From a virus, in the IMG/VR virus record IMGVR_UViG_3300017613_000561, positions 28,448-92,447 of that record: a DNA stretch of 64,000 nucleotides; one strand, 5' to 3'. The number at the start of each line of letters is the position of its first letter. The first letter of the stretch is position 1. Of the stretch, positions 53,943-63,638 are shown piece by piece. The position numbers and the translations under genes are program-made. The notes under the pieces are model-generated. The model saw only the letters and a list, made by a program, of their open reading frames with translations, was not told where the DNA came from and ran no database searches.

Positions 53943-54032
53943 TGACTGGCTGGGGTTCCCCTAGCTAGTCTGGGGGACCCCGATTGGTACCTTGAGCTGT
54001 AAAAGGTAAGATTTGAATTTTAGGAGAAAGGT

Positions 54033-54686
54033 ATGGATAGTCCTGCTGTGAACACCATCAAGGGCCAAAAACTGCTTGATGGTATGACAGGTGTGTATGC
54101 GAAGGGGTACATTCTTATCGCAGCCAATGTTGCTGACGAAGAGACTGTTACTGTAGATGGTGTGGTGTATGAGTTTGACCGGGCAGATGATGGCGTAGCC
54201 ACTACTGGAGCTGTTGCTGTAACCACTCAGTCTGATGACACCCCGGCCGAAGCTACCGATGCTTTGATTGCTATGATCAATGCCAACACCTCAGACACCG
54301 TGCGAGCTATCGACATTGACGATAACACCATTCTGATTCTGTCGAATAACCCGCGTAACCAGACAACTGCAATGGCCGAAGATATGGCCGGAAGCGGAAA
54401 CACTGTAACTGCAGCCCTGTATGGCGGCGTTGCTCCAACCCTGGATGGTGTACGTGGTTTTTCCATTGTGCCTACCGCTGACGATGTGATTACCGGGGAG
54501 ATCCATATCCCGATGGTAGCTACGATCACTGGGGCAGTTGTGCAGGTTCGGACCACCGCAACTGGTGATGCCGAAGCATGGGACGGTGGAGTGAACATTG
54601 ACGCCACTAATAACATGTTGGTGTTGGATAACGGTGGGTCTACGGACTGGGCCGTAACCAGTACCATTAATGTGATTGTATTCTGA
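54033..54686 (+). CDS. Putative head decoration protein
   Basis: Beta-rich A/T/D-rich protein directly after the capsid gene and before a terminator. Confidence 0.5.
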   Translation: MDSPAVNTIKGQKLLDGMTGVYAKGYILIAANVADEETVTVDGVVYEFDRADDGVATTGAVAVTTQSDDTPAEATDALIAMINANTSDTVRAIDIDDNTILILSNNPRNQTTAMAEDMAGSGNTVTAALYGGVAPTLDGVRGFSIVPTADDVITGEIHIPMVATITGAVVQVRTTATGDAEAWDGGVNIDATNNMLVLDNGGSTDWAVTSTINVIVF

Positions 54687-54735
54687 TCGTAGGTGAATGA
54701 ATCGCAGCCCGTCCCTCCTTCATCTGGGGACACTT

Positions 54736-54765
54736 GGGTAGGTGCTATTGCGCCTACCCTTTTTT
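54736..54765 (+). terminator. Intrinsic terminator
   Basis: gggtaggtgc-tatt-gcgcctaccc followed by T6. Confidence 0.85.
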
Positions 54766-54824
54766 ATGCTTACACTGAACCTGCTGTAAGTATCCCAGAT
54801 GAATAACCAACGAGAGGACTAGAT

Positions 54825-55037
54825 ATGATTACGATATCGCTGCAACGTGGAAGTCGGTATAACTATAAGGGTGAGCTGTACCAGCGTGGAAAGGGGCGGT
54901 CTGTTAGTAACAATTTGGCAAAAGAGCTACTTGCCTTAACAGACGATAAGGATGTACCTTGGTTCCTTAGGGTGGATACTAAGGAGTCTGAGGAGCCTGC
55001 AGGTGATGGGTCCAAGGAGCCTGTAACCGAGGTTTAG
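54825..55037 (+). CDS. Small virion-associated hypothetical protein
   Basis: 70 aa, GAGGA RBS. Confidence 0.55.
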   Translation: MITISLQRGSRYNYKGELYQRGKGRSVSNNLAKELLALTDDKDVPWFLRVDTKESEEPAGDGSKEPVTEV

Positions 55038-55063
55038 CACTTAAGTGCATAAGGGGCGACATC

Positions 55064-55690
55064 ATGGCTAAATTGGTACCAGTAGAAAATGTGAGCAAAC
55101 TAATCGCAGGGTGTAGCGGGTCAGATTCGTTATCACTGCTGGACTCAGTGCTTCTGTTGGCTACTACGGTATTGGCCGGGGTTATAGGCACCACTTTTGA
55201 GGCCGCTACAGGGGTAGTTAATCGGTTTCTTTTGACAGACCGAGATGTTCTGCAGCAAGGTGATGTCCCCCTTATGCTTAAGCTGACCCATGGTTTTATA
55301 GATCAGACCACTACGGCTGTGGTGGTGGAATCCAAGGGGAGCTGGGATACGGACACATGGGAAGTGGTACCCCCAGAAGATTACATAATTGATGATGTGG
55401 CGGGTATAGTTTCAGTTATGAAGCACCCGGATTTAAACCAGATTCTTGTTAGGGTGACTTACGATCACGGGTTTGCAGAAAGAAATGATACCGTGGGAAA
55501 GTACCTGAAGGATATTCCAGACTGGCTGGTATCAGCAGCGCAACTTCTGTCCATGCACCTGTATGATGTAGCCCTTTCTGCCAAGTCCTCCAAGGTGAAA
55601 ACCACCCCGATAGATAGATTGCCGCCAATGGTAGGGACCATGGTGCAGCCCTATGTTCGTAGAGGGTCAGGTACCATTACGCCATTATGA
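55064..55690 (+). CDS. Head-tail connector/adaptor
   Basis: DYIID..GIV..VRVTYDHGF..IPDWL..A; position in the module. Confidence 0.65.
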   Translation: MAKLVPVENVSKLIAGCSGSDSLSLLDSVLLLATTVLAGVIGTTFEAATGVVNRFLLTDRDVLQQGDVPLMLKLTHGFIDQTTTAVVVESKGSWDTDTWEVVPPEDYIIDDVAGIVSVMKHPDLNQILVRVTYDHGFAERNDTVGKYLKDIPDWLVSAAQLLSMHLYDVALSAKSSKVKTTPIDRLPPMVGTMVQPYVRRGSGTITPL

Positions 55691-56136
55691 CTGGTCTGGA
55701 GACTTCCTTTGCATCAACTGCGGCTATCCGCAAGTTACAAAAAGGGCTGATAAGTTTAGTTCCAGATGTAGATGAAGTGCTGGATTCTGCAGTAGCTGTT
55801 ATCCTGAACCGGGTACGTACAAGGTTTTTAGCGGAGACTGACCCTGATGGTAAAAAGTGGATTCCATCCAAAGCAGGACTGCAGAGGAGAGCTACTGGGG
55901 GATCTGGCACCCTGTTTGATACTGGCACTCTGTTTCATAGTATTCATGCTATCCGTAAGTCTGATTATGAGCGTATCGTTACTTTTGATAGAAGTCGGGC
56001 ACCATACGGAGAGAAGCATCAATTGGGTAAAGACGGTTTTCCAAAACGTGTGTTCATAGGTACCAACCAAGATGATGCCGATGGGGTAACCAAAGTGTTG
56101 GCCTTAGCTCTGAAAAGGAAGACGGCAAAGATATGA
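55687..56136 (+). CDS. Virion morphogenesis protein (Mu gpG / P2 gpS-like)
   Basis: RF..ETDPDGKKW..LFDTG.L..SI..Y..HQLG..PKR.FIG. Confidence 0.8.
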   Translation: MTGLETSFASTAAIRKLQKGLISLVPDVDEVLDSAVAVILNRVRTRFLAETDPDGKKWIPSKAGLQRRATGGSGTLFDTGTLFHSIHAIRKSDYERIVTFDRSRAPYGEKHQLGKDGFPKRVFIGTNQDDADGVTKVLALALKRKTAKI

Positions 56137-56555
56137 ATAAAGTACAGCTCTCTGTGGATGACCTTAAGACCAAGGTTGAATCCGTACCCGCATTAAGAAA
56201 GAAGGTGGCGTTTTACTATAGTATTGATCAGTTGTTGGACGACAATGTTATATTAAGTTTTCCAGCTGTTTCAATAGTTTACGAGGGCATGATACCCACG
56301 GACGCTAAGAATAAGGGTCTGTCTAATGAGGCTGGCTTTGGGGTGTACCTTGTTTCCTGTAAGGGAGCCCCCAAGCATAATTCTGCGGAGACCTTGGTGC
56401 TGTTGAAGGCTTTGCGGGATGCAATAAGAGATACCAAGGGTCCAGGGGGACATGATTGGAATTATGCTGGAGAACACCCGGTTAATCTGCCGATTACAGC
56501 TGATACAGGTATAGCTTACCGGCAAGGTTGGATGACACAATTAAACATGCCTTGA
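56133..56555 (+). CDS. Tail completion/terminator protein
   Basis: FPAVSIVYEG motif; upstream of the tail tube gene. Confidence 0.55.
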   Translation: MNKVQLSVDDLKTKVESVPALRKKVAFYYSIDQLLDDNVILSFPAVSIVYEGMIPTDAKNKGLSNEAGFGVYLVSCKGAPKHNSAETLVLLKALRDAIRDTKGPGGHDWNYAGEHPVNLPITADTGIAYRQGWMTQLNMP

Positions 56556-56625
56556 TTGCTCGTAGTAATTAGAGGGTATATGCTTGCTGTGTACGCTCTG
56601 CTTGTATATTTTTTGGGAGATATTG

Positions 56626-56817
56626 ATGGTTGAAATGGTCGAAGTTGAACTGCTGGAATATACCTTAAAGCATAAGGGTGTCCAGAAAAAGAAGGGGGAC
56701 AAGATTAAGGTTTCCCCTGCAATTGCAGACTGGTTGATTAACCGCAAGAAACCACTTGCTAAGCGTGTTACTGGATCTGGTGGTCGTAGAACTTCGACTG
56801 CCAAGACCACTGATTAA
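56626..56817 (+). CDS. Small protein upstream of the tail tube gene
   Basis: VELL..H.G..KKGDKI.V..A.WL; GGAG RBS. Confidence 0.55.
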   Translation: MVEMVEVELLEYTLKHKGVQKKKGDKIKVSPAIADWLINRKKPLAKRVTGSGGRRTSTAKTTD

Positions 56818-56837
56818 TCTTATAGGAGATTTGAACC

Positions 56838-57626
56838 ATGGCACAGCACATTGTAACCTCTGATTACTTCAGTGGTCAGGGCCTCATTCTTTTGGCGACT
56901 AAAGATGGGACCACTGGTGAACCTGAAGGCTTTACTCCGGTGGGTAACGTAACAGCCCTTGGTGTCACCACCGAAATTACCAAGGATGAACACAAGGAAT
57001 CTATGACAGGTCTTCGGGCCGTGGATAAAGTCTTGTCTACTGAGACCAAGGTTAATTTCAGTATGACTATGGAATCCATTAATCAGGAAAATCTGGCGTA
57101 TGCCCTACGGGGTACTACCTCAGATGTGGCCGGTGGATCTCAAGCCGCTACTGCTTACACTGCCAAGCTGGGTAAGATTGTACCTCTGGGGTACATCCAG
57201 GTGTCCAGTGTTGTAATCCAGGATGATGCAGATACCATCACCTATGTTGAGGGTGATAACTATCGCATTGATGTTGCAGCAGGCTCCATATACTTTTTCA
57301 CTACTGCAGAGCAGACCGCTGCAAGTGCTGGGGATATGATCGCTGACGATGATGAAGTGCACATCGCTTTTGATTATGCAGACCAGAAGGTGATGCAGGC
57401 CATGGTATCGGCTACTCAGACTCGTTGGGTACGTTTTGAAGGCCTGAATACTGCCGACAGCAATAACCCTGTTGTGGTTGATATGTTCAAGGTGGAGACC
57501 GATCTTCTGGCGGAGCTGAGTTTCATATCTGATGATATTCAAGGTATGGAAGTAACTGGTGTTGTTCTGTCTGATGATACTAGACAGACAGGTTCCAAGC
57601 ACTTCAAGCAAACCAGCTTGACCTGA
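56838..57626 (+). CDS. Major tail tube protein
   Basis: YFSGQG..VGNV..EHKESMTG.R..RFEGLNTA..PVVVDMFKV. Confidence 0.8.
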   Translation: MAQHIVTSDYFSGQGLILLATKDGTTGEPEGFTPVGNVTALGVTTEITKDEHKESMTGLRAVDKVLSTETKVNFSMTMESINQENLAYALRGTTSDVAGGSQAATAYTAKLGKIVPLGYIQVSSVVIQDDADTITYVEGDNYRIDVAAGSIYFFTTAEQTAASAGDMIADDDEVHIAFDYADQKVMQAMVSATQTRWVRFEGLNTADSNNPVVVDMFKVETDLLAELSFISDDIQGMEVTGVVLSDDTRQTGSKHFKQTSLT

Positions 57627-57650
57627 TAATCACATAACGGGACTATAATA

Positions 57651-58070
57651 ATGAGCCTTGCTGATTTGTTGGAAGATGAAGTTGCGGTAGAGGCCCCGAA
57701 TGGTAAGTCTGTAATGGTTCGCCCCCTCACTTTAGAGGGGGTGGCCTTATTGATGAAGAACTACGGGCCTGAATTAGAATCTCTGTTTACTGGGAAAGTA
57801 CAAACCAAAGAGCTGTTATTGTCTGCTCCTGGGTTTGTTCACGCTATGATTGCCTCAGCAACCGGGGATGCATCTAAACAGAATGTTGAAATAGCTGGGA
57901 AGTTGCCAGTAGGCCTACAGCTTAAAATCCTGAATGCAATTTGGGAGTTGTCGGCTGTGGATGCCGAAGAGGTGGGAAAGTTCGTAAACCGTCTGATAGA
58001 GGCAATGACCAAGGCAGCAGACGGTTTAGAAACTGGGTCGGGTCTATCGCTAGTGCAGCAGAGTTCCTAG
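57651..58070 (+). CDS. Tail assembly chaperone (gpG-like)
   Basis: Between tail tube and tape measure; contains in-frame G GGA AAG. Confidence 0.75.
   Translation: MSLADLLEDEVAVEAPNGKSVMVRPLTLEGVALLMKNYGPELESLFTGKVQTKELLLSAPGFVHAMIASATGDASKQNVEIAGKLPVGLQLKILNAIWELSAVDAEEVGKFVNRLIEAMTKAADGLETGSGLSLVQQSS
57974..57980 (+). other. Programmed -1 frameshift site giving a gpGT-like extension to 58258
   Basis: G-GGA-AAG in the chaperone frame (same heptamer as lambda G/T); the -1 frame stays open to 58258. Confidence 0.8.
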
Positions 58071-58247
58071 TAGCTAATGGTCATGACTGGGGAGTTGTAC
58101 GTAAGCTCACCATAAAGCAGATTACTGCTTTTGTTGGGCTGGCTAAAACCAGGGCAGGTGGTGAGCTTGTAGACTTAGCCACTGCCATGAGAGCTTCTAG
58201 GTGGGCCAATGATAAGGCCTTTGCTAAGTACATTTCTGGGTTGAAAA

Positions 58248-61200
58248 ATGGCCGATAGTGAACTACAAATTCTAATCCAAGCTCGGGATGAGATGTCCCG
58301 GGTTATTGATGCCCTTACTAAAAAGCTCACTAATTTAGAAAAGTCTTTGAACCGCTTAGGCGGGGATGAGATGGAGGATCTTGGGGACGATACCAAGAAG
58401 GCCTCTGTTGCTGCTGAAAAACTGTCTGAAGACATCAAAGATGTACATACCAATGCTCAGAAGCTTAGTAAGAGTGGGGCTAAAAAGCTTGGTAAGGACT
58501 TAGATTCTGCTGAGAAAAAAGCCAGAAAATTAAACGCTACTATGGTAAAGGTAGCAGCTGCAGGACGTAGGTTAGTAATTGCAGGCACTGCTATTGCTGC
58601 GGTGTTTGGATCTGCTGCCAAGGGTAGTGCTGAGTTCCAGAAAGGTGTTGCAGAAGTAGCCACCCTTACCGATGAAGGCGGGAAGGCTATTGATAGGTTA
58701 TCTAAGACTGTACTTAACTTGTCAGATACCTATGGTCAGGCCAAGGAGGAGGTAACTGGTGGGTTGTATGATGCCATATCAGCTGGTGTGCCTGATGGTG
58801 TTGAGGCTGTTAAGTTTATGGATGTGGCCCTTAAGACCAGTGTTGGTGGGGTTACGGATGTAAAGACGGCTGTAAGTGGACTCACTACTGTTTTGAATGC
58901 TTGGAAGTTGGAGTCTTCTGATGTAACTAGAGTGTCTGACATTTTATTCACGACAGTGAAAAATGGTAAGACGACCATGGAAGAGTTGTCCAGGTATATG
59001 TTTCAGGCAGCTCCATTGGCAGCATCTTTGGGAGTTAGGTTTGAAGAAATAGCGGCAGCTACTGCCACTATGACTAAGCAGGGTACGCCCACCAGTATTG
59101 CTATGACCCAGATAAGGGCTGCAATGCAGGGTATTATCAGGCCTACCAATGAATTGAGTGCAGTATTTCAGGATGCCACTGGGAAGTCTGCTGAGTGGGT
59201 TGTTCAGAACCAAGGCCTTAAAGCTGCCTTCGATATTTTGATAGATGCTACCAAGGGTAGTAAAGGTGAACTACTGAAGTTGGTTGGTTCAGTAGAGGGC
59301 ATGAATGCCATCCTGTCTATTACAGGTAAGAACGCCAAGACCTTTGCTTCTGATATGAAGTCCGTGGAAGAGTCGGCTGGAGCGGCACAGAAGGCCTTTG
59401 ATGTTATAGATGCTGAGGAGGCCAGGGACTTCACCAAGGCCATGAACAAGGTATCCAACGCTTGGACAAGGTTTGGTACTGCTGTGCTACCGATAGTGGC
59501 TCAGTGGTTCACGGTAGCCTCCGAGTGGATTGATTCCATGACGACATGGATTGTTGCAAATGAAGAGTTGGTGAACACTCTAGCTACGCTTTTGGGGACG
59601 ATAGCCGCAGTTTCAGTATCTCTGGGAGCCCTGCTGCTAATATTCAGTCCACTGGTTAGGGCTATGCTGGCCCTGCATACCCATGGTGGGAAAATAGCCA
59701 CCGTGTTACTTTCTATATTAGTTCCAGGCAAGAAGTTTCGGGCCTGGATGGTAACCACAACGATCTCCGCCACTTCTTTAGGGGGAGCACTTAGATTATT
59801 GGCGTTGGCAGCACAGAGGATGCTTTTAGTTTGGGGGCCTATAGGAGCTTTAGTATACGCTGTTTATAAAATTTGGGAGTTTGTTGATGCTACCAATGCT
59901 GCCATAGAAAACTCCAAAAAACTGGGAGTTGCCTACAGAAACAATACCAATGCCCTGAAGGAAATGAACAAGTATGCAGGCAAGAAGGTTGAAGAGTTCT
60001 CGGATGAAGAGCTGAGTAAGTATAAAGCCACGTTGAATGAGGTGATAACCACATATGCTGAGTTGGCGGTTGTGGCTAAGGATATTGGTAGGGAGGATGT
60101 GACCAAGAAGACAGCTGAGAATCTAGTATTCTTCAAGTCCCGCCTTAAAGAGTTGAATACTGAGGTTGCACGTAGGGCCACACTGTCTGCCCAAGCTGCT
60201 GAGGCGGAGAAGAAGGCCCAGAATCAGGTGGCAATCTCTTTGAAGAGAACAGAAGTAAATGCGACTAGGACAGTTGAAGAGTTGTCACGTCTGAACGATC
60301 TGGACTTTGCCTCTGGGGTAGAGCAGCTGGACCGGCTGACAGAGGCTACAAGGCAGGCACTTGTTGGTAGTGGAGATACTGCCGGGTTATCAGCCCTTGA
60401 GCAGCAGTACACGGATACCCTGTTAGGTTTGGCTGAGAAACGGATGCAGCAACAGATTACTATTGAGCAGCGCAGGGCTGTTGAAACCAAGCGTATTCTG
60501 GATGCCTCTACAAAGACGGAGAAGGAAAAGGCAGAAGAGACTATAGAAATTACCCGTACATTGGTAGATGCACGGTTGGCTGCCATGCAGCAGTATTACG
60601 ATATTCTGAACAGGGAAATAGACGGGGCTTTAGCTAACCAGAGAAAGTACGCGGCCGAAGTAATTGCTTTAGAGCAGTCCATCAAGGATGAGAAAGAGAG
60701 GCAGGGAAGTACTATTGAGGATCTGGTTAATCAGGGCCTTACTGCTTATGAGCTGTACACCAAGCGTAAGAAAGAACTCAGTAAGCTGAGTTCTGACTAT
60801 ACAAGGGCCTATCTGCGTGGAGATTATGAAGAGGCTGAAAGGATTGCCAGAAAACAGGAAGAGCTGTCGAAGAAATTAAATCAGGAAGTGGAAGGGTCGG
60901 ATGGTTCAGTTATTGTCTCCAAAGAAAAAGCTAGGTTGGATACCATAAAACGGTTAGAAGAAGTGTATGGGCGCATCAATCAGTCTCAGGAGGCCCAAAA
61001 GAGGGTGGCTGAAAATACGGCTGAGACAGAAGGTGTTCGTGCAGACAATATCAAAGAACAGTTGGCTAGACTGAAAGATCAGATAGCTCAGGTTTCTGAC
61101 CAGAAGATAGATATTGAAGTGAATATGAGTTTGGAGGCCGCAGAAAGTAAGTTGAAAGAATTACGGGCCGAGTTTGATGACTTCGGGGGCTCGAAAGCAG

Positions 61201-61676
61201 TTATTTTTGAAGCACAGGATAACGGTGTAGGAAAGTTGTTTGAGGAAATAGAAAATTTTACTGCAAAGACATATCCGATCAAATTGGTGTATCAGGTTAC
61301 CGGTAACCTACCTCAGGGCAATAGCTCTGGATTTGCTGTGGGTGGCCCTGTGTTTGGTCCAGGCACTAGTATCTCCGATAGCATCATGGCATGGCTCTCT
61401 AATGGTGAGTTTGTTATGCGGGCAGCTGCTGTTAAGCATTATGGTATGGATTTTTTCAAGATGCTCAATTCAATGTCCATGCCAAAAAGCAGATCCCCGG
61501 GCTTTGCTAACGGTGGGCCTGTGGTTTCCTCAAGCAGTAGTGGTGGTTCTTCTGGAACCGTGAATCGTGACATAGTGGATCTGAATTTGTCTTTAGGTGG
61601 GTCTACTGTAGAACTCATGGGTGAAAGGGATCAGGTTCGGGCCTTGGTAACCACGTTGAAAGGTATGAGAAGGTAG
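58248..61676 (+). CDS. Tail tape measure protein (TP901-like core)
   Basis: 1142-aa helical protein; GLYDAISAG, TVKNGKTTMEEL; C-terminal FAVGGPV.GPGT..SDSI.A.LSNGEFV. Confidence 0.9.
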   Translation: MADSELQILIQARDEMSRVIDALTKKLTNLEKSLNRLGGDEMEDLGDDTKKASVAAEKLSEDIKDVHTNAQKLSKSGAKKLGKDLDSAEKKARKLNATMVKVAAAGRRLVIAGTAIAAVFGSAAKGSAEFQKGVAEVATLTDEGGKAIDRLSKTVLNLSDTYGQAKEEVTGGLYDAISAGVPDGVEAVKFMDVALKTSVGGVTDVKTAVSGLTTVLNAWKLESSDVTRVSDILFTTVKNGKTTMEELSRYMFQAAPLAASLGVRFEEIAAATATMTKQGTPTSIAMTQIRAAMQGIIRPTNELSAVFQDATGKSAEWVVQNQGLKAAFDILIDATKGSKGELLKLVGSVEGMNAILSITGKNAKTFASDMKSVEESAGAAQKAFDVIDAEEARDFTKAMNKVSNAWTRFGTAVLPIVAQWFTVASEWIDSMTTWIVANEELVNTLATLLGTIAAVSVSLGALLLIFSPLVRAMLALHTHGGKIATVLLSILVPGKKFRAWMVTTTISATSLGGALRLLALAAQRMLLVWGPIGALVYAVYKIWEFVDATNAAIENSKKLGVAYRNNTNALKEMNKYAGKKVEEFSDEELSKYKATLNEVITTYAELAVVAKDIGREDVTKKTAENLVFFKSRLKELNTEVARRATLSAQAAEAEKKAQNQVAISLKRTEVNATRTVEELSRLNDLDFASGVEQLDRLTEATRQALVGSGDTAGLSALEQQYTDTLLGLAEKRMQQQITIEQRRAVETKRILDASTKTEKEKAEETIEITRTLVDARLAAMQQYYDILNREIDGALANQRKYAAEVIALEQSIKDEKERQGSTIEDLVNQGLTAYELYTKRKKELSKLSSDYTRAYLRGDYEEAERIARKQEELSKKLNQEVEGSDGSVIVSKEKARLDTIKRLEEVYGRINQSQEAQKRVAENTAETEGVRADNIKEQLARLKDQIAQVSDQKIDIEVNMSLEAAESKLKELRAEFDDFGGSKAVIFEAQDNGVGKLFEEIENFTAKTYPIKLVYQVTGNLPQGNSSGFAVGGPVFGPGTSISDSIMAWLSNGEFVMRAAAVKHYGMDFFKMLNSMSMPKSRSPGFANGGPVVSSSSSGGSSGTVNRDIVDLNLSLGGSTVELMGERDQVRALVTTLKGMRR

Positions 61677-61679
61677 ATT

Positions 61680-62063
61680 ATGGCTATCACATTAGGTGGA
61701 GTGACCTTAAGCCCCCATATGCTATGGCCTGATGAAAGGATTCAGGATCAAGTAGCCCAGTCTGCTGTACGTACTGTAGGAGGTACCCTTAAGATAAGGG
61801 AACAGGTTCTAACAGCAGGTAGAGAAATTACGCTGGCGGCTATTCGGGATCAAGGCTGGCTAACTACAGCTCAAGTAGATGCTGTGGTAGCATTGGCCCT
61901 AGTACCGAATGCACAGTACAGTTTGGTCATAGGGGCACAGTCTTTTACAGTGATGTTCAGGCATACAGATGCCCCAGCAGTGGAATTTTCTCCGTTGGTG
62001 TTTAGAGTAGATGCCCCTGCAGAGGACTATTTCATAGGGTCCATAAAGTTGATAACGGTTTAG
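61680..62063 (+). CDS. Tail tip / distal-tail-like protein
   Basis: Follows tape measure; L.WPDE..RT..G..GREITL..GW. Confidence 0.55.
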   Translation: MAITLGGVTLSPHMLWPDERIQDQVAQSAVRTVGGTLKIREQVLTAGREITLAAIRDQGWLTTAQVDAVVALALVPNAQYSLVIGAQSFTVMFRHTDAPAVEFSPLVFRVDAPAEDYFIGSIKLITV

Positions 62064-62074
62064 GAGATACGTAA

Positions 62075-62617
62075 ATGGGTACAGTACATGTGCAGAATGT
62101 GGTTACCAGATCTGCTGTTGTGGCGGCTGCAGGAGAGAAAGTATTTATTGCCCCCAAGGAAACTTTCAGTTTTCAGATTGTTCCTGGGGCCAGCGGGACT
62201 TTGCAGGCGTTGATTACCTTGGATGGTGCAGATGCTGCTAATGGTGTTAATGCTGAGTTTACCGCTACCAATGCAACAAATCTCCTGACTTCGGTTATGC
62301 ACGGGTTGGTGGATGGTAGGTCTCTGGAGGTATCCAACTCAGGGGGAGCCCTTCCAGGGGGGTTGTCAGCCAGTACCATGTACTGGGTAGTGAATGCTAC
62401 GGCAGATACTTTCCAGCTGTCAGCTACTCCTGGTGGCTCAGCTATAGCCCTCAGTAATGACGGTACCGGAACTCAGACCTGGACCCTGACTGCTACCTGG
62501 ACAGCATTGGAGGCCGCACAATCTGCAGCAAAAACGTACCTGTTGAACTACCCGATTGTGGCTATCAAGGCGATTGCTGCCACTGCCAACGGACAGGTTT
62601 TCTTAGCGAGGAAATAA
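62075..62617 (+). CDS. Virion structural protein
   Basis: Beta-rich; HGL..G..LPGGL..T.YWVV..TFQLSAT.GG motif. Confidence 0.55.
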   Translation: MGTVHVQNVVTRSAVVAAAGEKVFIAPKETFSFQIVPGASGTLQALITLDGADAANGVNAEFTATNATNLLTSVMHGLVDGRSLEVSNSGGALPGGLSASTMYWVVNATADTFQLSATPGGSAIALSNDGTGTQTWTLTATWTALEAAQSAAKTYLLNYPIVAIKAIAATANGQVFLARK

Positions 62618-62621
62618 GGTA

Positions 62622-63629
62622 ATGAGTATACAAGCAAGTGAGATCATCTGGAGAGAAGCCGGTGTTATGGTGGACGGGGCCAGTAACGGTGGGCGTATGG
62701 TGTCAGTTGCTATCCCTACCGGAGTCAAGAACAACCTCTGGCCGGATATTCCCCAGAGTGAACGTACTGCTGGCTCTACCAAGTACCGCAAGGTATTTCT
62801 GCACATTGCCAACGATACGGATCTGGCTTTGGTTCAGCCCTACATATTTGTGGAGACCAATTCCCCGGGGGATGATGCTGTAGTATTGTTCGAAGGTACC
62901 CAGATAGATACTGAGGCTACCCTGGACGATACCAGAGTCTATGGCTGTGGACCTTTGAATGCCAACGTATCTCAGGGGGCCTCCACCTTTGATGTGAATA
63001 CTGAGGGTGTAGGGTTTGATATGTTCCAGGACGGGGATACCATTCGGATATCGGACAAGGATGACGTGGACGATACCAACCCAGCACATCATGAGCAGTA
63101 TGTGACTATCAATGGTGATCCAAGTTACGCGGGGGATGTGGCTACGATTGTCATTGACCAGACTTTGGATTTTGCATACACCACTGCTGAGAATACTAGG
63201 GTGTCCTCAGTTATTGCTCCTGCAGATATCGAAGGTTCGGTTGACAGTTTTTCAGTAACCAGTGGTTCCGGTACTTATGATGATACTACGTATCCAGTTC
63301 TGGTAGATCATATTGGTGGTATTGAGCAGGATTGGACCCTGACTTTCCAGGCAGATGGAACAACTTTTGACCTAAGTGGTGACACCCTTGGAGCAGTGGG
63401 GGAGTTTACCACCGCTTCAGATCTGAATCCCACCAACAGTGATTTTTCCAAGCCGTATTTTGTTATGGATAACGCCGGGTTTGGGGGCACTTTTGCAGAT
63501 GGGGACACCATTACTTTCACGACCCACCCAGCAGCATATCCGCTGTGGTACAAGAGGGTGGTCCCGGCCGCAGCTTCAAGTCTGTCTGCTGATCAGGTTA
63601 TTGTTGCTGTAGACGGGCAGTCAGCCTAA
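62622..63629 (+). CDS. Tail protein
   Basis: NGGRM..NNLWPDI..ER.AG..YRKVF..PLWYKRVVPA. Confidence 0.65.
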   Translation: MSIQASEIIWREAGVMVDGASNGGRMVSVAIPTGVKNNLWPDIPQSERTAGSTKYRKVFLHIANDTDLALVQPYIFVETNSPGDDAVVLFEGTQIDTEATLDDTRVYGCGPLNANVSQGASTFDVNTEGVGFDMFQDGDTIRISDKDDVDDTNPAHHEQYVTINGDPSYAGDVATIVIDQTLDFAYTTAENTRVSSVIAPADIEGSVDSFSVTSGSGTYDDTTYPVLVDHIGGIEQDWTLTFQADGTTFDLSGDTLGAVGEFTTASDLNPTNSDFSKPYFVMDNAGFGGTFADGDTITFTTHPAAYPLWYKRVVPAAASSLSADQVIVAVDGQSA

Positions 63630-63638
63630 GGGGGCTAC

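Noticed and set aside
53951-53982. GC-rich hairpin after the capsid gene as a terminator (similar hairpins near 6693-6718 and 13004-13023)
   Set aside because: No clear T-tract; more likely mRNA-stabilising or pause hairpins
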